Origin: an uncultured Actinomycetes bacterium
GTDB taxonomy: Bacteria; Actinomycetota; Acidimicrobiia; IMCC26256; JACDBD01
Reading direction: 5' to 3'
Assembly: GCA_963781615.1 (NCBI GenBank)
Contig: CAWAGI010000001.1
Location: forward strand, 710,793-774,792
DNA: 64,000 nucleotides
The notes beneath the pieces are model-generated. The model searched no databases. It saw nothing but the letters and a program-made list of their open reading frames with translations, and was not told the origin of the DNA. Positions 29,826 through 39,387 of the stretch are shown here, one piece after another. The translations under genes and the position numbers were made by a program. Position 1 is the first letter of the stretch. Each line of letters opens with the position of its first letter.

Positions 29826-30617
29826 TGCCTCCTCCATGGTCGCCGTCCAGGCTCGACTCGAGCAGCGGCGCGGGTCGGCGCGGCTGTCGCCGCGGAGTGT
29901 ACGGCCTCGTTCGCCTACGGACCGCCCCGACGGGCGGCGGTGCGCTTCCGAGCCTTGCCCGCTGGCGACCCTCCCGTCGCCACCGCCACGGTCACCGCGA
30001 CCGGCGTCGAGCGGCTCGGCGCCGCCGCGCCGTGGACTGCGTTGCACGTCGCTCTCGGCGGCACGCTTCTCGGCCCGCCGCCGCGCCAGCGCTTTCCCGC
30101 CCTCGAGAAACAGCGTCAACAACAGGGTCGTGAACAGCGCCCACACGGGAGCGATGGCAATCACGCGGATGTAGCGCGTCCAACCTTCTTCGAGGAAGAC
30201 GTCGACCAGTCGATTGCCGCTCAACCAGCCGGTGATGCGGGCGACCCAGAGCGTGATGACCAGGCCGAGCACGAGGGCCACCACCCACGCCAGGACGCGC
30301 AACGGGCGCGACACCGCGTCCGACTCGGGCGCGGCGGCGGTCGGGCGCGACGGCGTGCGCGGACGACGCGCTGCTGCCAGCGCGGAGGCTGCCACCGGAG
30401 CCGGTGCCGCGGGGCGGTTGGGCAGGACGGCGGTCGACTCGGCGCGGGGCGAGTCGGGTGGGCGGACGTGGCGCGACGACGCCATCACCGACGGCCGGAA
30501 CTGGGACGGGATCTTCAGCGGCTGACCGCAGCCGTCGCAGCGGAACGTGGGCGCGTCGGGGAGCGCCGCGACCCGATGCTTGCGCCCGCAGGACGGGCAC
30601 TGGATGGCTTTGCTCAT
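29550..30617 (-). CDS. zinc-ribbon membrane protein ORF (355 aa as listed; probably two genes or a read-through)
   Basis: The N-terminus is MSKAIQCPSCGRKHRV...FRCDGCGQPLKIP. Two TM helices follow (LRVLAWVVALVLGLVITLWV; VIAIAPVWALFTTLLLTLFL). Then comes a low-quality Arg/Gly linker whose third-codon-position GC falls, before the internal RBS and ATG at 29825. Confidence 0.5.
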   Translation of the reverse strand: MSKAIQCPSCGRKHRVAALPDAPTFRCDGCGQPLKIPSQFRPSVMASSRHVRPPDSPRAESTAVLPNRPAAPAPVAASALAAARRPRTPSRPTAAAPESDAVSRPLRVLAWVVALVLGLVITLWVARITGWLSGNRLVDVFLEEGWTRYIRVIAIAPVWALFTTLLLTLFLEGGKALARRRAEKRAAESDVQRSPRRGGAEPLDAGRGDRGGGDGRVASGQGSEAHRRPSGRSVGERGRTLRGDSRADPRRCSSRAWTATMEEAMAVRYRCGACGNLTRFDVVTTRRTSAFHHYSVGGDLTVEEEQVLEEIVERVTCRWCGASGDGIEVLEGEESVGDAELEPSPSQAPAPAEPA

Positions 30618-30620
30618 GCG

Positions 30621-31685
30621 TCAGGCCTCGTCGGCGGCACGCGCCGCCTTGCTCGTGAGCACGAACGTCTCCAGCACGGCGGCGGCCTTCCCCGATTCGA
30701 CGGCTGCGATCGCCTGCTCGAGCCCGGCGCCGAGGTCGGGCGCAGCGCCGGCAACGACGAGCGCCGCGGCCGCGTTGAGCGCCACGACGTCGCGCACCGG
30801 TCCGGGCTCGCCGCCGAGCATGCGCTCGGCGATCGCCACGTTGGCAGCGGCGTCGCCGCCGACGATCTCGTCGAGCTCGGCGACGGGGATCCCGTACTCG
30901 CGTGGGTCGAGAGTCGAGGTACGCACCGACCCGTCCGTGAGCTCCCACACGTTCGAGGTGGTGGTGGTCGTGAGCTCGTCGAGGCCGTCGCCGCCGCAGA
31001 ACACCATCGCCCGCTCGACCCCGAGCTCGGCGAGCGTGTGCGCCATGCGCTCCGCCATCGACGGGTCCGAGACGCCGACGACCCGGCGGCGTACGCCGGC
31101 CGGGTTGGCGAGCGGGCCGAGGAAGTTGAACGTGGTCGGGGTCCCGAGCTCTCGACGCGCCGGGCCCGCGAACCGGAGCGCCGGGTGGTACTTCGGAGCG
31201 AAGCAGAACCCGATGCCGGCTTCGTCGACGCAGCGCGCCACGCCGCTCGGGCCGAGGTCGATGACGACACCGAGCTCCTCGAGCACGTCGGCCGAACCGC
31301 ACGCCGACGATGCGGCGCGGTTGCCGTGCTTGGCGACCCGCACGCCCGCGCCCGCGACGACGAGCGCCGCGAGCGTCGAGATGTTGACGGTCCCCGACCG
31401 ATCACCGCCGGTCCCGCACGTGTCGACGACCGGTCCAGCGGGACCGTCGAGCGGGATGTCGACCACTTGGGCGAAGCGCAGCATCGTCCGGACGAGCGCC
31501 GCCAGCTCGGCGGACGTCTCGCCCTTGGCCCGGAGCGCGACGGCGAACCCGGCGATCTGGGCGTCGGTCGCCTCGCCGGCGAGGATCGTGGCCATGGCCT
31601 GCTCGGCGAGCTCGGCCGGCAGGTCCTCCCGGCGGAGGAGCCGGCCGATCACGTCGGGCCACAAGGCTGCGGTGGGAGTGGTCAT
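30621..31685 (-). CDS. trpD: anthranilate phosphoribosyltransferase
   Basis: 354 aa with the motifs VDTCGTGGD, KHGNRA.SS.CGSADVLE and NPAG. Confidence 0.93.
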   Translation of the reverse strand: MTTPTAALWPDVIGRLLRREDLPAELAEQAMATILAGEATDAQIAGFAVALRAKGETSAELAALVRTMLRFAQVVDIPLDGPAGPVVDTCGTGGDRSGTVNISTLAALVVAGAGVRVAKHGNRAASSACGSADVLEELGVVIDLGPSGVARCVDEAGIGFCFAPKYHPALRFAGPARRELGTPTTFNFLGPLANPAGVRRRVVGVSDPSMAERMAHTLAELGVERAMVFCGGDGLDELTTTTTSNVWELTDGSVRTSTLDPREYGIPVAELDEIVGGDAAANVAIAERMLGGEPGPVRDVVALNAAAALVVAGAAPDLGAGLEQAIAAVESGKAAAVLETFVLTSKAARAADEA

Positions 31686-31710
31686 CAGAGCTTCTGTTCA
31701 GGCGCCTGGG

Positions 31711-32877
31711 TCAATCCCACCACAGATCGTGGTCGAGGACTCCCCGGGCGATGAGCCCGAGCTGCACCTGGGTGGTGCCCTCGACGATCGTGAGCTGCTT
31801 GGCGTCCCGGTAGTAGAGCTCGGTCGGGTGGTCCTCCATATATCCGGCGGCGCCGAGCATCTGCAGCGCCTCCCCCGACACCTTCACCGCCAACTCGGTG
31901 GCGTAGTACTTCGCCATCGACAGGAACGGGACGTACTCCTTGGTGAACTGGCTGCGGTCGGCCATCCACGCCGAGCGGTAGGTCAGGAGCCGGGCGGCTT
32001 CGATCTCGGCGGCGAGCTCGGCGATCTTCCACTGGATGCCTTGGAAGTCGGCGATCGTCTGCCCGAACGCCTCACGCTGCTTCACGTACTCGACGGCGTA
32101 CATCAGCGCGCCCTCGGCGAGGCCGATGCCGCGCGCCGCCACGATCGGCCGCATCGAGTTGAGCCCGAGCATGGCGAGCCGGAAGCCGCCGATCTCGCCG
32201 ATCACGTTCTCCGGAGGGACGCGGACGCCGTCGAGGACGAGCTCGCCGGTGTCGACGCCCTTGACGCCCATCTTCTTGTCGACGCGCCCGACGTCGACGC
32301 CGGGCCACGAACGCTCGACGATGAACGCGCTCACGCTGTCGTGGGCGCGGGAGTCGACGGCGCCGCTCTTGGCGAACACGCAGTACCAGTCGGCCTGACG
32401 GACCCCGGACATCCAGCACTTGGTGCCGGTGAGGAGCCAGTCGTCGCCGTCGCGGACGGCGCGCGTCCGCATCCCCATCACGTCGCTCCCCGCCTGGGGC
32501 TCCGACAGGCCGAACGCCGCTCGCGCCTCGCCGGTCGCGATCGGCCGGACGTACCGCTGGTTCTGCTCCGCGGTCCCTGCGATCATCACCGGGCCGGTCG
32601 GCAAGCGCGTGAGGAGCAGCATCAGGGCGGCCGCGTTCGAGTACTTGGCGACCTCCTCGATGGCGATGGTGAGCCCGAGGATGCCGGCGCCGCTGCCGCC
32701 GTACTCCTCCGGCATGCACAAACCGGTCAGACCGGCGTCGACGAACAGCGCGAACAGGTCGTCGGGATAGTCACCGGTCGCGTCGATCTCGCGGGCACGC
32801 GGCGCGACCCGCTCGTGCGCCAACTTGCGGACGGTGGCCTGGAGCTCGGCGAGTTCGTCGGAGAGCTCGAAGTTCAC
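31711..32877 (-). CDS. acyl-CoA dehydrogenase
   Basis: This is the 388-aa C-terminal part of ORF 31711..33291, starting at GTG 32877: VNFELSDELAELQ...FGLSEPQAGSD...YRDAKQLTIVEGTTQVQ. Confidence 0.9.
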   Translation of the reverse strand: MNFELSDELAELQATVRKLAHERVAPRAREIDATGDYPDDLFALFVDAGLTGLCMPEEYGGSGAGILGLTIAIEEVAKYSNAAALMLLLTRLPTGPVMIAGTAEQNQRYVRPIATGEARAAFGLSEPQAGSDVMGMRTRAVRDGDDWLLTGTKCWMSGVRQADWYCVFAKSGAVDSRAHDSVSAFIVERSWPGVDVGRVDKKMGVKGVDTGELVLDGVRVPPENVIGEIGGFRLAMLGLNSMRPIVAARGIGLAEGALMYAVEYVKQREAFGQTIADFQGIQWKIAELAAEIEAARLLTYRSAWMADRSQFTKEYVPFLSMAKYYATELAVKVSGEALQMLGAAGYMEDHPTELYYRDAKQLTIVEGTTQVQLGLIARGVLDHDLWWD

Positions 32878-32921
32878 AACCCCCGATGCTACCGGCGCCC
32901 CCGATCGCCTCGGGGTTTGCG

Positions 32922-33156
32922 CTACGCCGACTTCCGCCGCTGGCGGATGAGCCGTCGCCGCTCGCGCTCGGTGCGGCCGCCCCACACACCGTGCTTCTCG
33001 CGCACCGTCGAGCGCGTACTCCAGGCACGGCTCCCGCACGGGGCATTCCGCGCAGATCTCCTTCGCCTCGACCGCCTCGTCCTCGTCGGAAACGGGATAG
33101 AAGGTCGCAGGATCGACACCGCGGCAGCGGGCCTGTTGACGCCAGGCCAGATTCAT
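32922..33156 (-). CDS. WhiB-family transcriptional regulator; frame break ~32997-33012
   Basis: MNLAWRQQARCRGVDPATFYPV...AKEICAECPVREPCLEYAL lies in the frame of ORF 31711..33291. REKHGVWGGRTERERRRLIRQRRKSA continues in ORF 32922..33119. An alternative start is ATG 33219. Confidence 0.75.
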
Positions 33157-33290
33157 AGCTTCAGCACCTCTTCCCCAGGAGGGATCCAGGGGAAACGGTC
33201 CAACCATTGGTGATTTCATCGTTATTCCCCCGGCTGTCTCATCGGTAACTCCCGCCCGGCGATTCCGTAAGCGGGCCATAGGATCCGCCA

Positions 33291-34622
33291 ATGGCGCGGA
33301 TCCCTCCCCCGGTGCTCGACGCGGCCCGCCCGGCGTCGGGACACCCCCGCCGCCAGCTGATCCCGATCGTCGTGGCCACGGGGCTGACCGTCCCCGCGAT
33401 CGTCACTCGCCTGAGCGGCGCGGCGCCGCCCGAGTGGCTGGCGGCGGTGGTGTTCGGGCTGGGCGTGGTGGGAGCCGCCTTCCTGTTGGCGTGGGGCGCC
33501 GAGGCGCTCCAGCTCGACATCTCGCAGGGGCTGGCCCTGGCGGTGCTCGCGCTCATCGCCGTACTGCCCGAGTACGCGGTCGACTTCACGTTCGCGGTGA
33601 AGGCGGGCGAGGACCCGGACAAGTACGCGCCGCTCGCGCTCGCCAACATGACCGGCGGCAACCGCCTCCTCATCGGGATCGGCTGGTCCTTGGTGGTGCT
33701 CCTCGCCGCCTGGCGGATCACGCGCATCGCCCGGACGCAGGGGTATCAAGGGCAACTCGACACCGACGTGACCCTGGACCGGCCACACGCCATCGAGATC
33801 GCGTTCCTCGCCGTCGCCTCCATCTATTCGCTCACCTTGCCGCTGAAGCGCACGCTCAGCCCGGTCGACACAGTGATCCTCGTCGGACTGTTCGTCTGGT
33901 ACGCAGTGCGGATCAGCCGGGCGCCCGCGGAGGCGCCACACCTCGTGGGCCCGGCAGAGCTCATCGGCCGGCTCCCGACGGCCGCACGGAGGGCCGTCGT
34001 CGGGCTGATGCTGGCCGGATCGGCCGGCGTGATCCTCATCTCGGCCGAGCCGTTCGCGGAGTCTCTCGTCAAGACCGGCGAACAATTCGGGATCGACACG
34101 TTCCTGCTCGTGCAGTGGGTGGCACCGCTGGCTTCCGAGGCGCCGGAGCTGCTCGTCGCGGGGCTGTTCGCCTGGCGGCTGAACACCAATGCCGGGCTCG
34201 GTGCGCTGGTGTCGTCGAAAGTGAACCAGTGGACGCTGCTCGTCGGCACGTTGCCGCTCGTCTTCTCGATCTCTGCTGGCGCGCTGAGCGGCCTGCCGAT
34301 CGACGCGCTTCAGCGGGAAGAGCTCTTCCTCACCGCCGCGCAGTCGATCTTCGCAGTTGCGGTGCTCACGAACCGGTCGATCAGCGTGCGGGAGGCACTG
34401 GCGCTCATGGCCCTCTTCCTGACGCAGTTCGTCCTCGGCGGCGTCCTGCCCGACGGGTTGCGTGCCGTCGAGCGGATCGGCATCGGCATCCTGTACCTCG
34501 TGCTGGCGGCGGTCGTCATGTTCCAGCAGCGTCGCTACATCCGACCGCTCGGGCGCGACGGGTTCCGCACCGGCGTCTCCGAGCTGGTGCGCGAGCGCGA
34601 GCAGGTCCCGGCGGAGGCTTGA
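33291..34622 (+). CDS. CaCA-family cation/H+ (Na+/Ca2+ exchanger-like) membrane protein
   Basis: 443-aa multi-TM ORF with two alpha-repeat-like segments (GAEALQLDISQGLALAVLALIAVLPEY and VAPLASEAPELLVAGLFA). Confidence 0.82.
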   Translation: MARIPPPVLDAARPASGHPRRQLIPIVVATGLTVPAIVTRLSGAAPPEWLAAVVFGLGVVGAAFLLAWGAEALQLDISQGLALAVLALIAVLPEYAVDFTFAVKAGEDPDKYAPLALANMTGGNRLLIGIGWSLVVLLAAWRITRIARTQGYQGQLDTDVTLDRPHAIEIAFLAVASIYSLTLPLKRTLSPVDTVILVGLFVWYAVRISRAPAEAPHLVGPAELIGRLPTAARRAVVGLMLAGSAGVILISAEPFAESLVKTGEQFGIDTFLLVQWVAPLASEAPELLVAGLFAWRLNTNAGLGALVSSKVNQWTLLVGTLPLVFSISAGALSGLPIDALQREELFLTAAQSIFAVAVLTNRSISVREALALMALFLTQFVLGGVLPDGLRAVERIGIGILYLVLAAVVMFQQRRYIRPLGRDGFRTGVSELVREREQVPAEA

Positions 34623-34636
34623 GGCAAGATCGTGCC

Positions 34637-35092
34637 GTGACCGCGCCCGAGACCGACACCCGAGCAGCCGTCCGCTGGCCCACGGTGATCCGAGGCGCGC
34701 TGCTCGGCTTGGCGCTGATCATCCCGATCACCATCGTCGGCGCCCTCCTCGACCGCGCGATCGACGACTTCGAGGACTCGGGTTGGCGCGTCCTCCTCGC
34801 GCTGCTGATCGCGCTCGCGTTCGTACCCGCCGGCGGCTACGCCGCCCGCCTCGCCCGCGTCGCGCCGCTGACGAACGGCGCCCTCGCCGGTCTCGGCGCG
34901 TTCGTCGTGTGGCTCCCGGTCCGTCTGCTGATCTGGGTGAGCCGCGACGACACCCAGGGGCTGGTGACCGGACGCGACCCCGTGTTCCGTCCCGGGCAGC
35001 TGTTCGGATTCCTCGTCATCTCCACCGCCCTCGGCATGCTCGGCGGCTACCTGGCCTCACGCCGGCGAGCGGTGGACGAGTCACGCCCCTGA
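34637..35092 (+). CDS. hypothetical 4-TM membrane protein
   Basis: This is the tail of ORF 33434..35092 from GTG 34637 (VTAPETDTRAAVRWPTVIRGALLGLALIIPITIVGALL...). It is hydrophobic and has coding-like codon usage. Confidence 0.6.
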   Translation: MTAPETDTRAAVRWPTVIRGALLGLALIIPITIVGALLDRAIDDFEDSGWRVLLALLIALAFVPAGGYAARLARVAPLTNGALAGLGAFVVWLPVRLLIWVSRDDTQGLVTGRDPVFRPGQLFGFLVISTALGMLGGYLASRRRAVDESRP

Positions 35093-35530
35093 GGCGTTCG
35101 GTGGCGAGGGACGTTCGTCGCCGGGGACCACGACGACGGGACATTGCGCGTGCTGCACCACCTGCTGACCCACCGAGCCGAGCAGTAGTCCCCGGAACCC
35201 CCCGACGCCACGCGACCCGACGACGAGAAGGTCCGCGCCTTGCGCGGCGTCGAGCAACGCGCGGGCGGGAAGGTCGCAGACGACGACGCGCTCGACCTCC
35301 TCGACGATGTCGTCGTTCCCTGCCTCGTTGAGGATCTGATCGAGGCGCGCGCGGACGTCGGCCTCGCCGTAGGCCGCGTCGAAGCCGCCCTCCGGCTGAT
35401 CGAGGTACGTCCACACGAAGACGACCCGCAGACGCACGTCACGAAGCCTGGCCTCCTCCGACGCCCACCCGAGCGCTCGGCGGGAGCCGGTCGACCCGTC
35501 CACCCCGACCACGATGGTTCCTTCTGTCAT
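35081..35530 (-). CDS. universal stress protein (UspA family)
   Basis: The ATG at 35530 is preceded by AGGAG. The sequence reads TIVVGVDGSTGSRRAL...LLVVGSRGVGGFRGLLLGSVGQQVVQHAQCPVVVV. Confidence 0.88.
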   Translation of the reverse strand: MTEGTIVVGVDGSTGSRRALGWASEEARLRDVRLRVVFVWTYLDQPEGGFDAAYGEADVRARLDQILNEAGNDDIVEEVERVVVCDLPARALLDAAQGADLLVVGSRGVGGFRGLLLGSVGQQVVQHAQCPVVVVPGDERPSPPNASGA

Positions 35531-35537
35531 CTCGCTC

Positions 35538-36548
35538 CTATCCCGGGGTCTGCGTAGCGTCATCTTGTGCCGTCTCCTTCGCGCGTTCGCGCCACTCGGC
35601 GCGCAGCGACGCGAGCACCGAGACGGCGAGAGCGGACGCGATGACGCCGAGCGAGAGCCAGAGTGGCAGGTGGTACACGTCGGTGATCAGCATCTTGATG
35701 CCGACGAAACCGAGGATCACACCGAGGCCGATATTCAGGTACCGGAAGCGTCCGGCCATCCCTGCGAGCAGGAAGTAGAGGGCCCGGAGGCCGAGGATCG
35801 CGAAGGCGTTCGAGGAGAACACGATGAACGGCTCTCGGCTGACGGCGAGGATCGCGGGCACGGAGTCGACGGCGAAGACCACATCGGTGGTCTCGATGAG
35901 CACGAGCACCACGAACAACGGCGTCGCCAGGAGGCGTCCCGTCTGACGGGTGAAGAGCCTCTGGCCCACATAATCGGATGTCGAGGGAATGATCCGGCGA
36001 GTGAGGCGCAGAACCGGATTTCGCTCGGGATGAACCTCGGTCTCTCGGTGACGCGCGATTCGGACCGCAGTGAAGACGAGGAACGCGCCGAAGAGATAGA
36101 GCACCCACTCGAAACGCTCGAGCACGGCGATTCCGCCGAAGATGAACAGCGCCCTCATGATCAAGGCGCCGAAGATGCCCCAGAACAACACTCGGAACTG
36201 GTACTCGCGCGGCACCGCGAAGTATGTGAGCAGGACCGCCCAGACGAAGACGTTGTCGACCGACAAGCTCTTCTCGATCAGGTACCCGGCCATGTACTCG
36301 CCGGCGGCCGCGCCACCGAACGCGAACGCGACGATTGCAGCGAACGACACACCCAACGCGATCCAGACCGCGCTCTCGACGGCTGCTTCGCGCAGGCTGA
36401 TGACGTGCGGGCGCCGGTGGACGATCAGCAGGTCGGCGAAGAGCAGTGCCGCGATAGCCGCCAACAGCGCCACCCAAGCCCACGGCGGAACATCGATGGA
36501 CGCGAAGTCGTTGGACCTCGTTTGCGCCACCACGGCATTCGGCACCAC
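35538..36548 (-). CDS. TerC-family integral membrane protein
   Basis: 336 aa with YLIEKSLSVDNVFV and VVFAVDSVPAILAVS motifs. Confidence 0.9.
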   Translation of the reverse strand: MVPNAVVAQTRSNDFASIDVPPWAWVALLAAIAALLFADLLIVHRRPHVISLREAAVESAVWIALGVSFAAIVAFAFGGAAAGEYMAGYLIEKSLSVDNVFVWAVLLTYFAVPREYQFRVLFWGIFGALIMRALFIFGGIAVLERFEWVLYLFGAFLVFTAVRIARHRETEVHPERNPVLRLTRRIIPSTSDYVGQRLFTRQTGRLLATPLFVVLVLIETTDVVFAVDSVPAILAVSREPFIVFSSNAFAILGLRALYFLLAGMAGRFRYLNIGLGVILGFVGIKMLITDVYHLPLWLSLGVIASALAVSVLASLRAEWRERAKETAQDDATQTPG

Positions 36549-36564
36549 GGGCGATCTCCAGCGC

Positions 36565-36662
36565 TCGCCAGAGGTCTCACCACCCGAGAACGGGTCGGGA
36601 TGCCGGGCCGGACATCGGCCGTGATGACGGCGCGTCCCGTGGGGTTACTCCCCTCCAGGTCC
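36565..36662 (-). promoter_or_regulatory. yybP-ykoY-like (Mn2+-type) riboswitch candidate in the TerC leader
   Basis: The minus-strand RNA reads CCUGGAGGGGAGUAAC....GGUGAGACCUCUGG. The conserved GGGGAGUA and GAGACC blocks are flanked by a P1 pairing (CUGGAGG/CCUCUGG). It ends 20 nt before the TerC GTG, and TerC is a classic associated gene. Confidence 0.55.
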
Positions 36663-36732
36663 GGCCAGGCTACTGCGCCACGATCCCAGCGCTACTCATC
36701 CTCCCTGTGCGAGCGCGACAATGGTGAGCGGT

Positions 36733-37134
<402 letters not shown>

Positions 37135-37313
37135 ACCACCGCTCTGACCTGCGGAAATGCGCCGCGGAGAGGGTGTCATGATGGTGCCGGTCCCGGCGAT
37201 GAAGACGTGCGACTTGCCTTCGGACGGGAGGACCTCCTGGCCCTCGATGAGGTCGGTGACAGCGTGAGCTGGAATGCATTGCCGCCGAAGATGTCTCCGA
37301 AAGCGAGTGAGTC

Positions 37314-38759
37314 TCAGATGCCCTCGAGCATCTGCAGTCGACCGGAGCGGATCGCCTTGGCGAAGGTCTGATAATCCCGCTCGTTCTGGTCCGCGTAGCT
37401 CTCGGAGAAGTCGGCGATCGATTGATCGAACCGATCCTTTTTTCCCAGGTACGCGGCGAGTGCGATCGGGTCTCCCGATCGAGCGTGTGCACGGGCAAGA
37501 GTCCGACCGCAGATACGCGCGTAGAACTCGAGATCACCGGGCATCATCGCCTCGATGACCGCCGAACCCTTCATGTCGCGCAGTTGGCGCCAATAGAGGT
37601 AGCGGTCGGCCTCGTGACCCTTCGTCCAGCCGAGGAAGATGTCGCTCGCGGCCTGCATGAGCCGCTGTCCCTGCACCACTCTCTCACCAGGCTGCCGGTA
37701 ACGACTCTTGGGCAGATGGTCCTCGAACACCGACGCGGTGGCCTCCTTCACCTGGAGGAACAACGGGTCCTGCTGATCCCGACCCTGGAGCAGCACGATG
37801 AAGGCCCTGGTGCCGACGCTGCCGACACCCACGACCTTGCGGGCCATGTCGACCACCTCGAATCGTTCCAAGAGATGGCGCCGATCGTCTTGCAGCGTTG
37901 CCCGATACTTCCGGAACTGCTCATGGAGAATGCGCTCCATCTCCTCCGCAGAGAAGTCAAGGCGCTTCACCAAGTCGCGCATCGGGACAACGATCGGTGG
38001 CTGGCTCACGATCTGATATCGGCCGTCGACTCGTTCAGCGAGTTTTGACAGCGCCTGCAAGCTGTCGCGCGTGTGCGCCTTCTGGGCCGTCTTCTGGGCT
38101 CTCTTCTCGGCAGCCTTCGCCGCGCCCTTCTCGGTGCGCTCCAGGGAGCGAGTGGCATTCTTGATGGCATTGAATAGATCCTGCTCCGACAAGCGCGCGT
38201 ACCAGATGTCCATTGTGCTCATCTCGGCAAACCCCGCCATTGCTTCTCGATAGGCCGTTACCGATGCGAGGGTCGCGAGGCGAGCATCGGTGTTGGTGAA
38301 GCTGTTGTTGCGTGCTGCGATTGTGAAGCTTGCCGCCATGCGCTTCACGTCGTATTCGAACGGGCCAGGGAGTGTCTCGTCGAAGTCGTTCAGATCGAAG
38401 AGCAACGTTCGTTCTGGTGATGCGAACACGCCGAAATTCGACAGGTGGGCGTCACCACAGAGTTGGACGCTGAGGCCGGCCGTCGGCGTCTCAGCTAGAT
38501 CCGCTGCCATGATCTTCGCCGCGCCTCGATAGAACGTAAACGGAGAGACCCTCATGCGTCCGTGACGCACCGGCACGAGATCAGGCTCACGGGTGACGTT
38601 CTGCTCCTCCAGCAACGCGACCGGGTCTGGGCGATCGGTAACCGGTTCCCATCCTGCATGGCCCGCTGGTCCTATCTGCTGACGCGCCGCCTTTCCGCGT
38701 GCCTTTCGCTCATCAACGCTGAGATGCACGATCTTGCTCACGGACGCCCCGCCTTGCAC
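37314..38759 (-). CDS. DUF2252 domain-containing protein
   Basis: 481-aa intact ORF reading ...VRHGRMRVSPFTFYRGAAKIMAADL...VQLCGDAHLSNFG...NDFDET..., as I recall for DUF2252. Confidence 0.85.
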   Translation of the reverse strand: MQGGASVSKIVHLSVDERKARGKAARQQIGPAGHAGWEPVTDRPDPVALLEEQNVTREPDLVPVRHGRMRVSPFTFYRGAAKIMAADLAETPTAGLSVQLCGDAHLSNFGVFASPERTLLFDLNDFDETLPGPFEYDVKRMAASFTIAARNNSFTNTDARLATLASVTAYREAMAGFAEMSTMDIWYARLSEQDLFNAIKNATRSLERTEKGAAKAAEKRAQKTAQKAHTRDSLQALSKLAERVDGRYQIVSQPPIVVPMRDLVKRLDFSAEEMERILHEQFRKYRATLQDDRRHLLERFEVVDMARKVVGVGSVGTRAFIVLLQGRDQQDPLFLQVKEATASVFEDHLPKSRYRQPGERVVQGQRLMQAASDIFLGWTKGHEADRYLYWRQLRDMKGSAVIEAMMPGDLEFYARICGRTLARAHARSGDPIALAAYLGKKDRFDQSIADFSESYADQNERDYQTFAKAIRSGRLQMLEGI

Positions 38760-38866
38760 ATTGCCAAACCGATCTCCATCCTGGGTGGTCGCTAGCTTCC
38801 GGCGCCTCGCCGCTGCCTTGGATCCAGCTGATCTCGCTGCAATTGCCCTGCGCGTCGCTGGCGAGG

Positions 38867-38957
38867 CTCCGCGAAACCCGCTGGCGCAACGACACGTCCC
38901 CTTGGGTGATCGTTCCCCAGGGGGCGTCGTTGTCTCACCCAGACCCTAGCGAGGCCA
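38867..38957 (+). promoter_or_regulatory. conserved hairpin leader, copy 1 (paralog of 50186-50281)
   Basis: CTCCGCgAAACCCGC..CAACGAcACGTCCCCTTGGGTGAtcgttCCCCAGGGGGcGTCGTTGTCTC..GCGAGG..GCCAATG contains a long imperfect hairpin at 38888-38931. Confidence 0.4.
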
Positions 38958-39191
38958 ATGCCCCTTTCCTCCCGGCGAGGTGACTCTCGCGCCCTGTTGG
39001 CGTCACCGGATAAGCGAGAAGCGGTCCCGCACCGCCGATACGCGGCCTGGATTCAACACTCCCGACTCCGAACACGCGTGACTACCCCTGGGAGCCGGGG
39101 CGATGCGAAGTTCTTGATCGTGATCTCGACCCTAGTTGTCGCCGGCGTTGTTGGTGCCCTGGTATTCCGGCGACTCACCGAAGATCGCTGA
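38958..39191 (+). CDS. small membrane protein (77 aa), N-terminally extended paralog of the 29-aa peptide at 50282
   Basis: The C-terminus (KFLIVISTLVVAGVVGALVFRRLTEDR) matches MRKFFMVIAALIVAIIVGALVFRRITEDK. The start ATG sits in the same GGCCAATGC context. Confidence 0.5.
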   Translation: MPLSSRRGDSRALLASPDKREAVPHRRYAAWIQHSRLRTRVTTPGSRGDAKFLIVISTLVVAGVVGALVFRRLTEDR

Positions 39192-39387
39192 GGTGTCGCG
39201 TTCCCGCGGCTCGTGGCGACGCTCGCGATCGTTCTCGAGGTTGATGCTCGGAGGCGGAGCCAACCCGTATCGGTCACGCGCCGGACCGGGTAGTAAGGCG
39301 CGCACGGGCGAGTCGCCGCGAGCGGCTTTCCGATGCTCCGTCGCCCTTCTGGCGCGGATTCACTATTGTGAGAATGGGCAAAGTTGG

